A stretch of DNA of 60,602 nt, the filler included, from Sphacelaria rigidula (taxonomy: Eukaryota), in the NCBI GenBank assembly GCA_964200075.2. It is 9 parts of 9 records of this genome, joined end to end, with 100 filler letters (N's around TTAATTAATTAA, not from the genome) between each part and the next. Parts side by side here need not be neighbours in the genome. Positions count along the whole stretch, not along the records: positions 13,491 to 20,135 come from CAXNAA020018860.1; positions 20,236 to 26,880 come from CAXNAA020018861.1; 7 more parts are not named here. The stretch is one strand, 5' to 3'. The position numbers were made by a program, and so were the translations under genes. Each line of letters starts with the position of its first letter. Position 1 is the stretch's first letter. Below, in pieces: positions 13,720 through 25,132 of this stretch. The notes below the pieces were generated by a model that searched no databases, was not told the DNA's origin, and was given only the letters and a program-made list of their open reading frames with translations.

Positions 13720-15010
13720 TTGCGGATCGGTCATTGCTTGCACGTGTGTATATGGCAAGGGTCTAGCTGTGACAGAAGCATCACCCTGTTTGTCGACGAC
13801 GTGTTCTGTAGCGCACACAGGCGCGCCCTGCCCAAAACGAGAGGCTGAAAGGAACCGATCTTCGCACCGGTCACCGCCACAGACAAAAAACGAATATATC
13901 AGTCAAGACGCGGCAACCCGATCTTTTTGGGGGGGAGGGGATTGTCCAACTAGCCGCCTGCCGTTCTTGTGTCGACGACAGGGCCGACAAATTGGGTATG
14001 TGGTGGTAACCTGATGTCAATCTCTCCAGCGATTGGGACTCGCCGAGCGAAGACACAGAAAGGACACGGGGGAGGAGCTTCCTCTCCACCATTGCTCCTC
14101 CGGTAGCATCGGTATCGACACACGTGTACACGGCATTGATTGGCTGCTCTTACCCACGCCTGCTTAGCTTTTGGCGGAGACAAAAATATGTGAAAGTGCT
14201 TTCACTTTTCAAAATATTTCGGCATAAACATGGAAAACCAAAGGTAGGTTAAGCCCTCCGCGATGTTGAACCCTACTTTCGAGCAAACGTCCGAAGGATT
14301 CATGGATGAGAGCGTCATTCCCGAAATAGTCAGGTCGGAACAGATGAGCAGCAATCTCCACGATTTTTGTTTTTTACGATTAGGTACGAGTAACGGTATG
14401 TTCGTGGTATCAGAAAGGGATTGAAATATACAGAATGGATGTGAAATACTAACCAGCAGTAGATTCTTTATTTTGGGATTGAACACTGAAATGAGGTTCA
14501 ACTCGTAATCGAAAAACCGAGAATTCACGCCAAAGAGTATCACCACGCGAAAGAGTTTTGCAAGCAGAGTTTCTGTTGCAGTTACACCGGTGTCGGTAGG
14601 TGCACCAAACGAATGCCGTGCACAAGCGTGTCGATGATGATATCACCAGAGGAGCAACGGCGGAGAGGAAGCTCCTCGCCGGTGTCCTTCGTGTGTCCTT
14701 GTTCGGCGATTCCCAACCGCTGCATAGGTTGGCATCATGTTACAGTACCAGCACATACCCAGGTTGCCATGGGCAGGCGGGTTATTGTAGCACAGCGGCG
14801 GAATCAAGATTGTGGGATTCCCCGGTTGTAGTCTCCTGTCTGTGGCGCTGACCAATGCAAATATCAATTTCTCTCTGCCTCTCTACTTGGACAGGGAGTG
14901 CCTCTGTGCGCTGCAGAACACGTCGTCGAAAAGCAGGGTGATGTTCCCGTCATCGCTACTGTTCTCTCTCACACACACGCGAGCAAGGACGGCTGCACGC
15001 TCGTGGCAAG
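13720..15010. repeat. ~400-bp dispersed repeat: copies at ~13720-14140 (inverted), ~14610-15010 and ~19645-20045
   Basis: Shared blocks such as TCGATGATGATATC..AGAGRAGCAACGGC, GCGCTGCAGAACACGTCG and CAGGGYRATGTTCCCGTCA..GCTACTGTTCTCT occur in all three copies; the first copy is reverse-complemented. Confidence 0.75.
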
Positions 15011-15049
15011 ATCTAATAACCGAAAGCTGGGGGTGCTGTCGCAGAAGTT

Positions 15050-15255
15050 ACTTTCACCCTATCTCTAACAACGTTTTCGTGAAATTGAGAATTGAAGGTA
15101 CGATTGAGAGTGAAAAGCGGTCAACTAGTGAATAAGCCGTTTCAGTTCCGAAATGAACCTCAACCAGGCCCAATATTCTCTCTGTAGTAGTTTGCCACTG
15201 AGGTTCTCGATACCCCCAAGTAGGATATCAACGTGTAGCTGTAAGCACATGGCAA
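15050..15255. repeat. Dispersed repeat family; copies at ~22340-22535 (same orientation), ~15300-15360 and ~49360-49425 (inverted fragments)
   Basis: Shared GTTTTCGTGARATTGAGA..ACGATTGAGAG..GCGGTCAACTAG..GTTTCAGTYCCGAAATG..TTGCCACTGAGG..ACGTGTAGCTG. Confidence 0.8.
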
Positions 15256-15660
15256 TGATGAGACGATGAGAAGCACACACGGAATTAAAAATTGGTCAAG
15301 TTAAAGCGAATGATCAAAGCCACTCTCAATCCGCACCCAACTCTCAATCTCACGAAAACTTTGTTCTCTGCAAAACAAGGGCAAAAGACAGTTTGCCATG
15401 TTCATGTGAGCAGGTACAGTGAGTGAACATGTACATGTGCGGATAGAGTTTTGCTGACGCACGGGTACTGGTAGTCGAGTGTGTGTGACTCAGTACCATG
15501 CTCGGGCCAGCAGCATTGCCGCAGCTAGCCCCAACGCTTTGTTTGAGGCCTCTCACCGAGGTACGCCTCTGTCAAGGCACTCTCCAATAATACAAAAGAT
15601 GAAACTGTCTATCGTCACCACGGATTACGGAATACACTGTTGTTACAACCGATTGAGCAA

Positions 15661-18600
15661 AATGGCAGATCAAGGTAGTAGGCCTGCTCCAGTAGTCGAT
15701 GAGCAGCAGGGTGTTCTTGAACAGTCGGGGATTCAGCGTAGTTCCATGGCTGAGCTACTGCGTGACTTGCACTTGGACCAAACTGCAATACATGGTGAGA
15801 TAAATGACATGAGGGTAGTAAGAGAGCCCGGGGGCGCAGGAACCAATGGCATCCTCGACAGTGATGGCTCCCATAGTCCACGGAGGGAATCAAGAACAAG
15901 TATCAGTACAGTAGAGCGAAAAAGTGCCGGAGTTCGAAGAGAGCACCAGCACATTGGGACTCAAGCCGGACCGGAGGAAGGAGCTCGCGATGCGGGGGAC
16001 AACGGAGCCAGAGACGACGGAGCGAGGGGCTTTGTCCCCGAACTGAGTCAGTCTATGTGTACGATGCAAGTGGAATTGTATCAGGAGTACCCGGTTTTCG
16101 ACAGAACGTGCCAAACGTTTCAGGGGAAAAGGCAGAGTATGCTCGGTACAAGCATGAGCTGATTCGCTTCGCGAGGAGCAAAGAAATTGACTGGGTGTTT
16201 ACCATGGCCGGAGACAGTTCGCACGGCGTAGATATTGGCGACCCTGAAGTATTACTGGGATATCTGGAGACTAGATACGGGAAGGACACTGTGACAGTCC
16301 AAGTGAGGGCGAGACGGACTTGTTGTTGGTCTCGAAGGCAAGAGAAAGCAAGATATCTTGCTCAGACTTCGCTAACTTGGTGCAGTCTGGAGAAACCTTG
16401 CAGATGGTTTTCGCGCCGAACCAAATAAGTCAAGAACCGCTTTGTTGAAAAAATTCGATGGACTCAAGATTGGTGTTCGTGACGATCCAGAGCAGAAGCT
16501 GCTCGAGGTGGAACAAAGTGCACGAGACCTGAGTTCATACAAAGAACACCAACCCCTGACCGAAAACCATATTCTCATGAAGTATCTCAACGCCTTGCCG
16601 TACAAGTATCGCATCCAGAAGTAATTGCCGGAGGATCGAGAGGGGCCGCTAACACGGGAGGTTGTGCTAACCTCGGTCCGCCAGCGCTTCGAGTCGGCCT
16701 CGTTGGAGCAGGAACTTGCCCGGGGAAAGTAGCCATCCCCGAGCGACCAAGCTCTCCTCGTCAGGGGTGGGACCGGAAAACCAAGCGGTGCACACCGCAA
16801 AGAAAAACCGGACAAACCCCAAGGCTTTGGTCAGAAAAATGGCGGGAGCCACAGTTCTAGTAGCTCTGGGTCGACATCATCGAACGGCAAACCGGCGACT
16901 GTGAAGCTGCTCCGCTGTCACGTCTGCGAAGAGGACACGACGCACTGCGCCAGGGACTGCCCGAAGAGATGCTGCGGGCGGTGCGTTCAACAGGAGCACA
17001 ATTTTTGGGACTGTCCGAGATCGACAGCGGAGAAAGAAGATGTGGCGATGGCGATGGGTGCGGCCGACGACAGCGACGACTCTTCCGTTTGCTCGGACGC
17101 GGACGGGGAGGCTTTCACCGCTTTTGGCACCACCATCGACGACGAAACAGGCGAGTACGCAGTGTGTGTTGGGCAGGGGGACGATAAACAGTAGGGTGAG
17201 GACGAACCGCGGGTGTTTGACACGGGGGCTACCCAGCATTTCTCCCCCGATTCCCGTGGGATTACGGAATACAGATAGTGTCAGGGTAGGGTACTACGGT
17301 GCGCGGGTGGTAGTGCTTACCCGACCGTAGGCAGAGAATATTCTTCTCTTGCCTTCAGATCTGACGGACAGGATGTGTTGGTCGAAATGGATGTTGATCA
17401 TGTACCTGATGTCCGCCATCACCTCTTGTCACTCAAGAGGATCCACAACAGTGGACACACCCACGCTGGTTTTCGTGGAGGTTTCGGGGTAGATCTCATT
17501 TCAGGCAACACACTGAGAATACTTGGACCAACCCGTCAACTAAATGTACGCCCGCCGCCTTGACCAAAATGGTAGTGACAAGTGTGCTTCGGCATATGCT
17601 GTGATTGCCCCGGGGGCTCCGTCTAGCCCCCAGATCGTTGATATAAATGATTTCCGCTGTGCGTACGGCCACGTTCACGAGGACCTACTGCGAAAGACCG
17701 CGAAGCGACTGGGAGTGCAGCTGACTGAAGAATTACAACGCTGCCGCGGTTGCTCGCAAGCAAGGGGACTACGACGGCCGATTCCTAGATCGACGCCCAC
17801 GAGATCACAAGCGATCCAGAAGCCGGGCGAGCCGAAGGACTCCAAGACCGATGCAGGCCAGGAAGTGAACGAGAAAATGGCGGAAAATTCGACAGTGGAC
17901 ACTTCACCCAGCAGTTCCTCAAGCGCACCGTCCTCCCCGCCGAGTTCCGTAGTAAGGGCAGCGGGGCAGTACCGCAGATCCCCGTCAGTGCTGGAGGGGG
18001 CGAAGTGACTTCACCGCCCCCGCAGGGGAGGGGAGAGGGCGGGGTGATTCTATAGATCCCCGTTCCAGATTCAGTCAACGGAAGGGATGAGGGGGCGTAC
18101 TCATTTGTTGCTTGCCTTAGTCATTTGACCAACCATACGGAAGGGATGAGGGGGAACAAGATATATCATCATTATCATCTACATTGACGCCGACATCAAC
18201 GCCGACACCAACATCGGCATCAAACGCTCCCTCGTCGCCCGCAGTGTCACCCTCCTACGCGGGTCCCTTGCAAGACAGCGGGGGGGGCGGCGACGCTCCT
18301 CAACTCCCGAGGACCAAGCGGCACCATCTCACGTGGGCCGACGAGTTGCCAACGCTAAGGGCGGGGCGTACGAGGAGCCAAACGCGCGAGGCCATGGGGT
18401 CGGTGCACACACACGGCGAGACGCTGGTGGTTAGCGGAGCGGAGAAGAACAGAAAGAAAGCGGAGATGCGCTGGCGGGGATGGCCGAGGACAAATGCTCA
18501 ACCATGGAGATGATACCGCGGCTGCAGGACAGGTGGCAGGACAAGACGTAATCGTCTCGATCCAGAACGAGTTGGCCGACAGCGTTTTTTTTGTTGCTGC

Positions 18601-19645
18601 AGACGACAGAGTAGGACAACCCAAATTTGGTTTGCGTTCACCGGTTGGCCTCCATGTAAGCAAAGTAGAGATAGCACCCACCAGTATGGATGACGTAGCG
18701 ACATCAGAGTTCCGCGAGGTATGGCTTGGCGCAATGTAGGCCGAACTGGGAGGTCACAGAAAGGCTGGAACATTTTCGAGTGATACAGTACCAGAAGGGG
18801 CAAGTGTGATTTCAGCGAAATGGGCTTTGAGTTGGAAAACCGACGCCGATGGTACTGTAACGAAGGCAAACGCAAGGCTGGTAGAGCGAGGATTCAGGCA
18901 ACGTGTGGCGGTCGATTATTTCGAGACTTTCGCGGCCGCGCCCTCCATGGTCTCCATTCAACTAGTCATGGCAGTAGCAGTTCAGGAAGAGTGGCCGCTG
19001 TACCATTTCGACGTCACACAGGCTTTTGTTCAAGCGAAGATGGACACTGACATGTACATAAGACTGCCTGAAGGTTGCTACGGTTTGACAGACATGGCCG
19101 TTGAGCTCGAAAAATCTATTCACGGGATCAAGCAAGCAGGTAGGCAGTGGTCACGTCTTCTGTGCAAACCTTTATTGGAGGGTGTTGGGATGGTGCAGTG
19201 TGACGCTGACCCTTGTGTTTTCAAGATAGAGCAAGCAGGAGATGTGTGTGTGACTTTAGTCGTCCATGTGGATGACATTCTGATCGGTGGTGCTGAGGAA
19301 AATGTGCGAAAGGTACGTAACATTTTGAACGACAAGCTCCCCACGAACAACCTCGGACAGGTCATATGGTACATGAGGTGTGCGGTGAGCAGGGATTGAG
19401 ATAGGGGCACGCTGTTGGTGACGCAAACCGCGTTCACGGACACGCTCCTAAAGCGTTTTGAGGTGAGGGGATACTCAGAAATTCCTGCCTCTGTTCCTGT
19501 TAAGCTGGGGCCGACAACGAGCGAAGACACAGTGGTGAATCATCCATACCGTCAAGCAGGGGGGGGACTGATGTGGCTGGCAACAGTCACTAGACCAAAC
19601 GTAGCGAATGCAGTTCGAGCCCTCGCTCGCCAGTCACATGACCCG
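15661..19645 (+). mobile_element. Degenerate Ty1/copia LTR retrotransposon (gag, zinc knuckles, protease, pre-integrase, RT); integrase core and RNase H missing
   Basis: Gag-like fragments at 16057-16700; CHVCEEDTTHCARDC and CGRCVQQEHNFWDC; protease VFDTGATQHF (~17212-17242); pre-integrase YGHVHEDLLRKTAK..CRGC; RT motifs SAKWALSWK, ANARLVERGF, FDVTQAF, SIHGIKQAGRQW, VHVDDIL. Many stops and frameshifts. LTRs were not identified. Confidence 0.92.
18096..18136 (+). mobile_element. ~41-nt insertion flanked by an 18-bp target-site duplication; other copies at ~6618-6645, ~11656-11697 (diverged) and ~60535-60577
   Basis: ACGGAAGGGATGAGGGGG at 18078-18095 and 18137-18154 flanks CGTACTCATTTGTTGCTTGCCTTAGTCATTTGACCAACCAT. 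The same core occurs on three other contigs. Confidence 0.85.
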
Positions 19646-20749
19646 TCGATGATGATATCGCTAGAGAAGCAACGGCAGAGAGGATGTGCCTCCCTCGTGT
19701 CCTTTGTGTGTCCTCGCTCGGCGATTACCAATCGCTCGAGCGACTGGCATCATGCATGTTACCAGCATGTACCGAATTTTTCATGTGCCGGTAGTCATGT
19801 CATCATACTGCCGCATAGCCCCCTAAAGAACATCGAGCTACGGAGGGATCTCGTCTCTTCTTGTGTGTGGAGCCCACCAATGCAAAGATCGATTTCTCTC
19901 CGCCTCTCTTTTTGGACAGGACGCGCCTCTTTGCGCTGCAGAACACGTCGTTGAAAAACAGGGCAATGTTCCCGTCACCGCTACTGTTCTCTGTCACACA
20001 CATGCCAGCAAGGACGGTGCTGCGGCAATAACATATCCGATTTGAATTTGGGAGTGATGCTACGGTAGGGGTACACAAATATTTTCTGAGGTTAGGATTG
20101 TTAGAAGCGCTTTATCTCATCCAAAACACGACTTANNNNNNNNNNNNNNNNNNNNNNNNNNNNNNNNNNNNNNNNNNNNTTAATTAATTAANNNNNNNNN
20201 NNNNNNNNNNNNNNNNNNNNNNNNNNNNNNNNNNNGGGCGTAATCTGATACCTGTGGCGCGCGTTCTGACGACCGAAAGTCGCTCAAACTGGCCCTTTCT
20301 CGCGGGGTGTTGATCCCGAACCACAAAAGCCTCTTCAAGGTCGTGGAAAGCTTCACAAAATATATTTTCGACTTGCCTCACCCCTGGGAGGCCCGTACCA
20401 ACGTCCCGGAGGGGAACCTTGTATAATATACAGTATAAGGACCATATTATATATTATATATCATATATGAATATATGATATATAATGTATATGCTATATA
20501 TAATATAGTATATACTGCCCCTTGATAATTATTCATATATGTGATATATATAAATGTTGTATAGAATATATAACATAGTGTATATTGAGGGGAAGAAGCA
20601 TACGTATAATATAGACCTGTAATATATACTGTACCTATATGATATGATACATAATACAATGTTCCCCGTCGGGAGGTTGATATGGGCCTCCCGGCGGTGA
20701 CGCAAGTCGAAAATATATGGTTCAGAGACGCTTTTGTATCTCGCAATGT

Positions 20750-21150
20750 ACAATGGTGATCGTGGCTGAAAAACAATTGCATGTGTTATCGGATGGTGCC
20801 TCCGGATAAGGTTCACCAACTTGAGTAACACGGATGTGAAGGTTGTACAGTTGTTGGGCAGCGATAATTTCGACATGTGCGGCAGAAGGTAGTGTTGAAC
20901 GCTATTGTATGTTTGGTCGGAGCAACCAGCAGTTCGTATTTGTTCGTAATCAGTTCCAGCAGGGATTGAAGCATGCAGTCATTCCCCCAAAATTCGGAAT
21001 TTGATCATGAAGGTGTTCGGACATGTGTTGGATAAGTTGCATTCTCACTAATGTGTGCGCATGTAGTTCGATGAAATCATGACGGGCAATACATCGTAGC
21101 AAGCAAGCTCCGTCTCCAATTTTATTGACTAATTCCCAAGTACCTGGCGG
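20750..21150 (-). pseudogene. Intronless OTU-like cysteine protease (deubiquitinase) domain, frameshifted
   Basis: Minus-strand fragments occur in the expected order: WELVNKIGDGACLLRCIARH..HTLVRMQLIQHM (Cys loop), HVEIIAAQQLYNLHIRV (variable loop/helix) and FSHDHH (His loop). They are split across frames. Confidence 0.7.
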
Positions 21151-21325
21151 ATGTTGTTCGCCATTGTAATCATGGGTGTCGACATTGTGGCTGTCACCGT
21201 CACTGCTGTTGGTGATTGTGTCACCGCTATTTTCATCACCACCACCGTTCTTGTCGCTTAAAGCAGTTGGGTTGTTATTATGACTGCGACGAGAAAATGT
21301 AATATGACCTGACCCCAACCCAAAG

Positions 21326-21799
21326 ACCGACTCTAATGGGAGCCGTTACAAATTTATGTTCGAAACTGCCTTTTCGGCCCTTCTTCGTCGTTTCACGCCT
21401 GAAAAGAGGGATAGGCGGATATTGATGCCTTGGAATGTCTTGCTCTATTCATCGAGAACGTTCCAGGGCAACTTTGCATTTCCCACTGGCCGCACTTTCG
21501 TTTTTGGCCAAACACGGATTTTCACCAGTAAATGGTCAAGCGTTAAAAAAACAGGAGGCAATTTTGATCACGTGACTGTTTTCAACTGAAAATCCGTGTT
21601 TGGCGTCATTTCGCCGAAACAAAAGTGCGGCCAGCGGGAGATGCAAAGTTGCCCTAGAACGGTCTCAACGAGTAGATGAACAAGTCATTCCAAGGGGTCA
21701 ACATCCGCCTAGCCTTCTTCTCGGGTTAATAAATCGACGGAGAAGGGCTCAAAACACAGTTTTCGGCAGGAAGTTTGAACGGCTCCCACTAGAGTTGGC
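21326..21799. mobile_element. Foldback/MITE-like element with ~200-bp inverted arms
   Basis: CTCTAATGGGAGCCGTT...GGGCAACTTTGCAT..CTGGCCGCACTTT..CCAAACACGGATTTTCA pairs with TGAAAATCCGTGTTTGG..AAAGTGCGGCCAG..ATGCAAAGTTGCCC...AACGGCTCCCACTAGAG. Confidence 0.88.
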
Positions 21800-23149
21800 C
21801 TAAGACGGCTTAATTTACCGCGTAGAACATGTGTGGTATCCCCGAGGTGCCAGAGTGCGAAGTAGCTCTCTTGCTACACGAGAGCAACTTCCCGAAATAT
21901 TATAATGCGTGGAAACACTCGGATACACGTATGTTGGAAAAATGAATAGTCGGGCTGAGGCCGGCGGTAGAGTGCCAGGTAGCTCTCGTGCCAAAAACAG
22001 ATGATAACGGGAGCAACTTCCCGAAGTATCGAGTATTGAAATACGTCTGATGGTGTAGCCCCGCATGGAGGACATTCTTGTTTATCCGATTGCAGTAGTT
22101 ATTGTTTCACCAGACACAAGCTCTTTTCCCGTATATTAATAGCATGGTAGGTGCAGCCCTGTATACGGGACTATGTCTAGCTCACCTGTTACCAGTCAGT
22201 CTCTAATACAGCAGAGTGCTCTGTCGATGGATATGTAGCAGTTCGTATGACTGATCCATGTACAAATGGTGTAGCTCTGCATGCAGGACTTCTTCATAGT
22301 AACCTGGCTACCAAGGTACACAGAAAGTTCAACCAAACCTCCTATAAACAATGTTTTCGTGAGATTGAGAGTAGATATTACGATTGAGAGAGAAAGGCGG
22401 TCAACTAGAGAATGGATCGTTTCAGTCCCGAAATGCACCTCCACGAGGCCCGATATGCTCTCTGTATTAGCTTGCCACTGAGGCCCTTGATATCCCTGAG
22501 TGGGACATCGACGTGTAGCTGGAAGCACATGCCCGTGAGATCGACGCCACTTTCCAGAATCCACGGTTATCATTTGAGACGCCCTGAACAAGTTTCAGCT
22601 TCATTGATGCTCACGACGTTGTATTTCGCTTCTGTCTCTAGTCGCACTCGAGAACACCCCTAATTCGACCCCTTTGGAGCAGAGCGAGTCTTGATTGAAC
22701 TTCTCAGGCTTGATTGTCGCAACTACAATCGAGGCGCTTTTGGAGGTTGGAGGCATCACACGCAGCAACCAGCTCTCCGAATCACTTTAAACACCCTCAA
22801 CAAGGTTTAACTTCATTTCTGCTTTCTTCGCTATCTTCGCTTGTGCGTGCCGACGCCGTCCGTGGCTGAGGTGGAGAGGGTGTTAAAGTACGTGATCGAC
22901 TTTCCGGTTCATGAACTCGTGAAGCTTTGCGCAGGGATCACACGTCGGACGGATCAGCTCGTCACAGATCCCGGTCATCTGATTTGGGGCATAGATCATG
23001 ATCCGTCCGAGGTGAGCTGTCACCCGTACACGTTTGTCGGATGCTGATCCGTAGGGCCCGCTTGACCCGTACCTGTTTGCCGAGCGACCACCTGTACGAC
23101 CCGCTTAACACACACACTTTCGTGTATGACTGATCTGCAGACTCGTGTG

Positions 23150-23488
23150 TATTGTGCCATATCGTTCCATCTATTTTGGGCGCCGGGCTACACCTTCCGG
23201 TATACGTGGGCGCACCAGCCGGGATCACAAAGGAGGAAGGTCAACACAGGAGCTTTCTTTTTTTTTCATTAGCTTTTAGTACCCCACCTTCCTTCTGCGG
23301 TGCTTGCCTTTATTTCTTTATCGAGAGAGGGGTTCAGCAGTCCCTTTGCCTTGTCGACCGTTAAGTGGAGTTTTGTGTATCCACGACATAGTCGCTCTTC
23401 GCTGTTGGGCATGATGTGAGAGTTGAACCCACGACCCAACCGTCAGAAGGTTTTCGAAGTTACCAACTGAGCCACTGGGGCGACCGGT
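23150..23488 (-). mobile_element. tRNA-derived SINE, family A; other copies at 25780-26047 (-), 52322-52660 (+); 3' fragments at ~78-120, ~35780-35905, ~47215-47280
   Basis: The head has Pol III A-box (GTGGCTCAGTTGG) and B-box (GGTTCRAATC) motifs. The copies share a body (CGGTCGACAAG..GAACCC..AAGGCAAGCACCGCA) and a CA-rich 3' tail. Confidence 0.85.
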
Positions 23489-23689
23489 TCACTTCGTGTA
23501 ATCCGTACAATATCAAATAGTTGTGATTTATATCACTCGGGTTAGGCAAGCGCAGTAGCTTGTCGTCGACCCGTGCAATTCGAATCTCAAGTACACCAAT
23601 AGCTACCCCTTGCCCGTGGAGCCCGAATCTAGTGTACAAGAAACCCTGTCCCGCACCCGTAAGATCCGGGTCAATAACTTATGATTCGG

Positions 23690-24382
23690 ATCAAGTATGC
23701 ATAATACAGTTTTCAGCTCCGTCACCTCTTAACGTGCATGTCCCGGGTACAATGCATGTTCACAAGTCCGTATCTTGGCTGTACAGTAGCAACGCGGGCA
23801 TATGGAATATGAAGTACGTATTTTTTATTTCACGTGGTTCCACGGTAGGGCTGCATATTTTCTCCGAAGATGTGCACTGTCAGCGCATCCGAACGAAGTA
23901 TACAATAAACAGTATTCAGCAATCCTCACCTGCTAACCCGCATGGCCCTGGTACAATGTGCACGTTCAAAAATCCGTATGCTGGCTGTAGCAACCCAGTC
24001 ATATGGAACACGAAGTACGTACTGTACTGTCCGAGTGGTTCCGCGGTAGGGCTGCATATTTTTCCGAACATCCCCCCTGTCGGTGCATCCAAATGAAGTA
24101 TACGATGCACGGTTTTCAGTAATCCTCACCTGCTAACTTGGCCCTGGTACAATGTTCATGTTATAAAGTCCGTATGTTGGCTGTAGCAACCCAGGCATAT
24201 GGAACATGAAGTACGTATATTTTATTCCGGGTGGTTCCGCGGTTGGGCTGCATATTTTTCCGGATATATTCCCTGTCGGTGCACCCGAATGAAGTACACA
24301 ATAAACAGTTTTCAGTATTACTCACCTGCCAACCCGTATGGCCCTGGTACAATGTGCATGTTCACAGAAGTCTGTATGTTGA
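23690..24382 (+). repeat. Tandem array of ~3.5 diverged ~200-bp units
   Basis: Recurring GGCCCTGGTACAATG..GGCTGTAGCAAC..CATATGGAA..GAAGTACGTA..GTGGTTCC..GGGCTGCATATTTT..CTCACCTGC. Confidence 0.92.
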
Positions 24383-24419
24383 CTCTACGTATATTTATCG
24401 GCGCTAGTCCGATAATGGC

Positions 24420-24580
24420 CTGTATGATCCGTGCGATTCGTATATACCTATCTAATGATGATGACCTGTACTACCCGTGCGATTCGTACATATCCGTCTG
24501 ATGATGATCTGTATGACCCGTGTGATTCGTACATATATGTCTGATGAGGATTTTTAGGACCCGAGTATCCGTACATGATC
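24420..24580 (+). repeat. ~41-bp minisatellite, ~3.5 copies
   Basis: Recurring TGTATGAYCCGTGYGATTCGTAYATA..TCTRATGA. Confidence 0.85.
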
Positions 24581-25075
24581 TCCTTCGGCACATCTATGTA
24601 ATCCGAATCAGGTGTACACGAAACGTCAAGAATAATCTGTGTTACCTTGTAACCCGTTCAAGATACCTCCCTCCTGATCGATGATATCCGGATCAGGAGG
24701 ACCGTTCCATAAGTAGTTGAACGGTATAACCCGAATCGGATACACAGGTGTGTTCACTCTTGAGCTGGATGACCCATATCCTATAGAATGTGATCCGTCC
24801 GATGTGTGGAAGGATAGAAGAGAGAGCAACCACGAACCGGCCAGGAAATCGATGCCAACATATATGAAGGTGAGTCCTCCCGTTAGATGGTGTAGAACTA
24901 CAGACATTGCCGACATCACCGATGCCGAATGCCAGCTATTTCGTGTGCAGAGTATATGTACGTGTATCGTTGTACTTTCTGTTGTGTATTTGCAAAGTAC
25001 AGCCACCTACTGTGTTCGCGAGTACAGGCTGTATTTGTAACCTTGCACTACTGAACTGTCTGGGCTTGCAGAGCT

Positions 25076-25132
25076 GCGCTTCGCACGGCGCTTCGCACGG
25101 CGCTTCGCACGGCGCTTCGCACGGCGCTTCGC
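25076..25132 (+). repeat. Perfect 12-bp tandem repeat (GCGCTTCGCACG), ~4.7 copies
   Basis: Read directly from the sequence. Confidence 0.97.

Noticed and set aside
24498..24550. Repeated CTGATGA resembling a hammerhead ribozyme core
   Set aside because: I found no downstream GAAA core or supporting stems.
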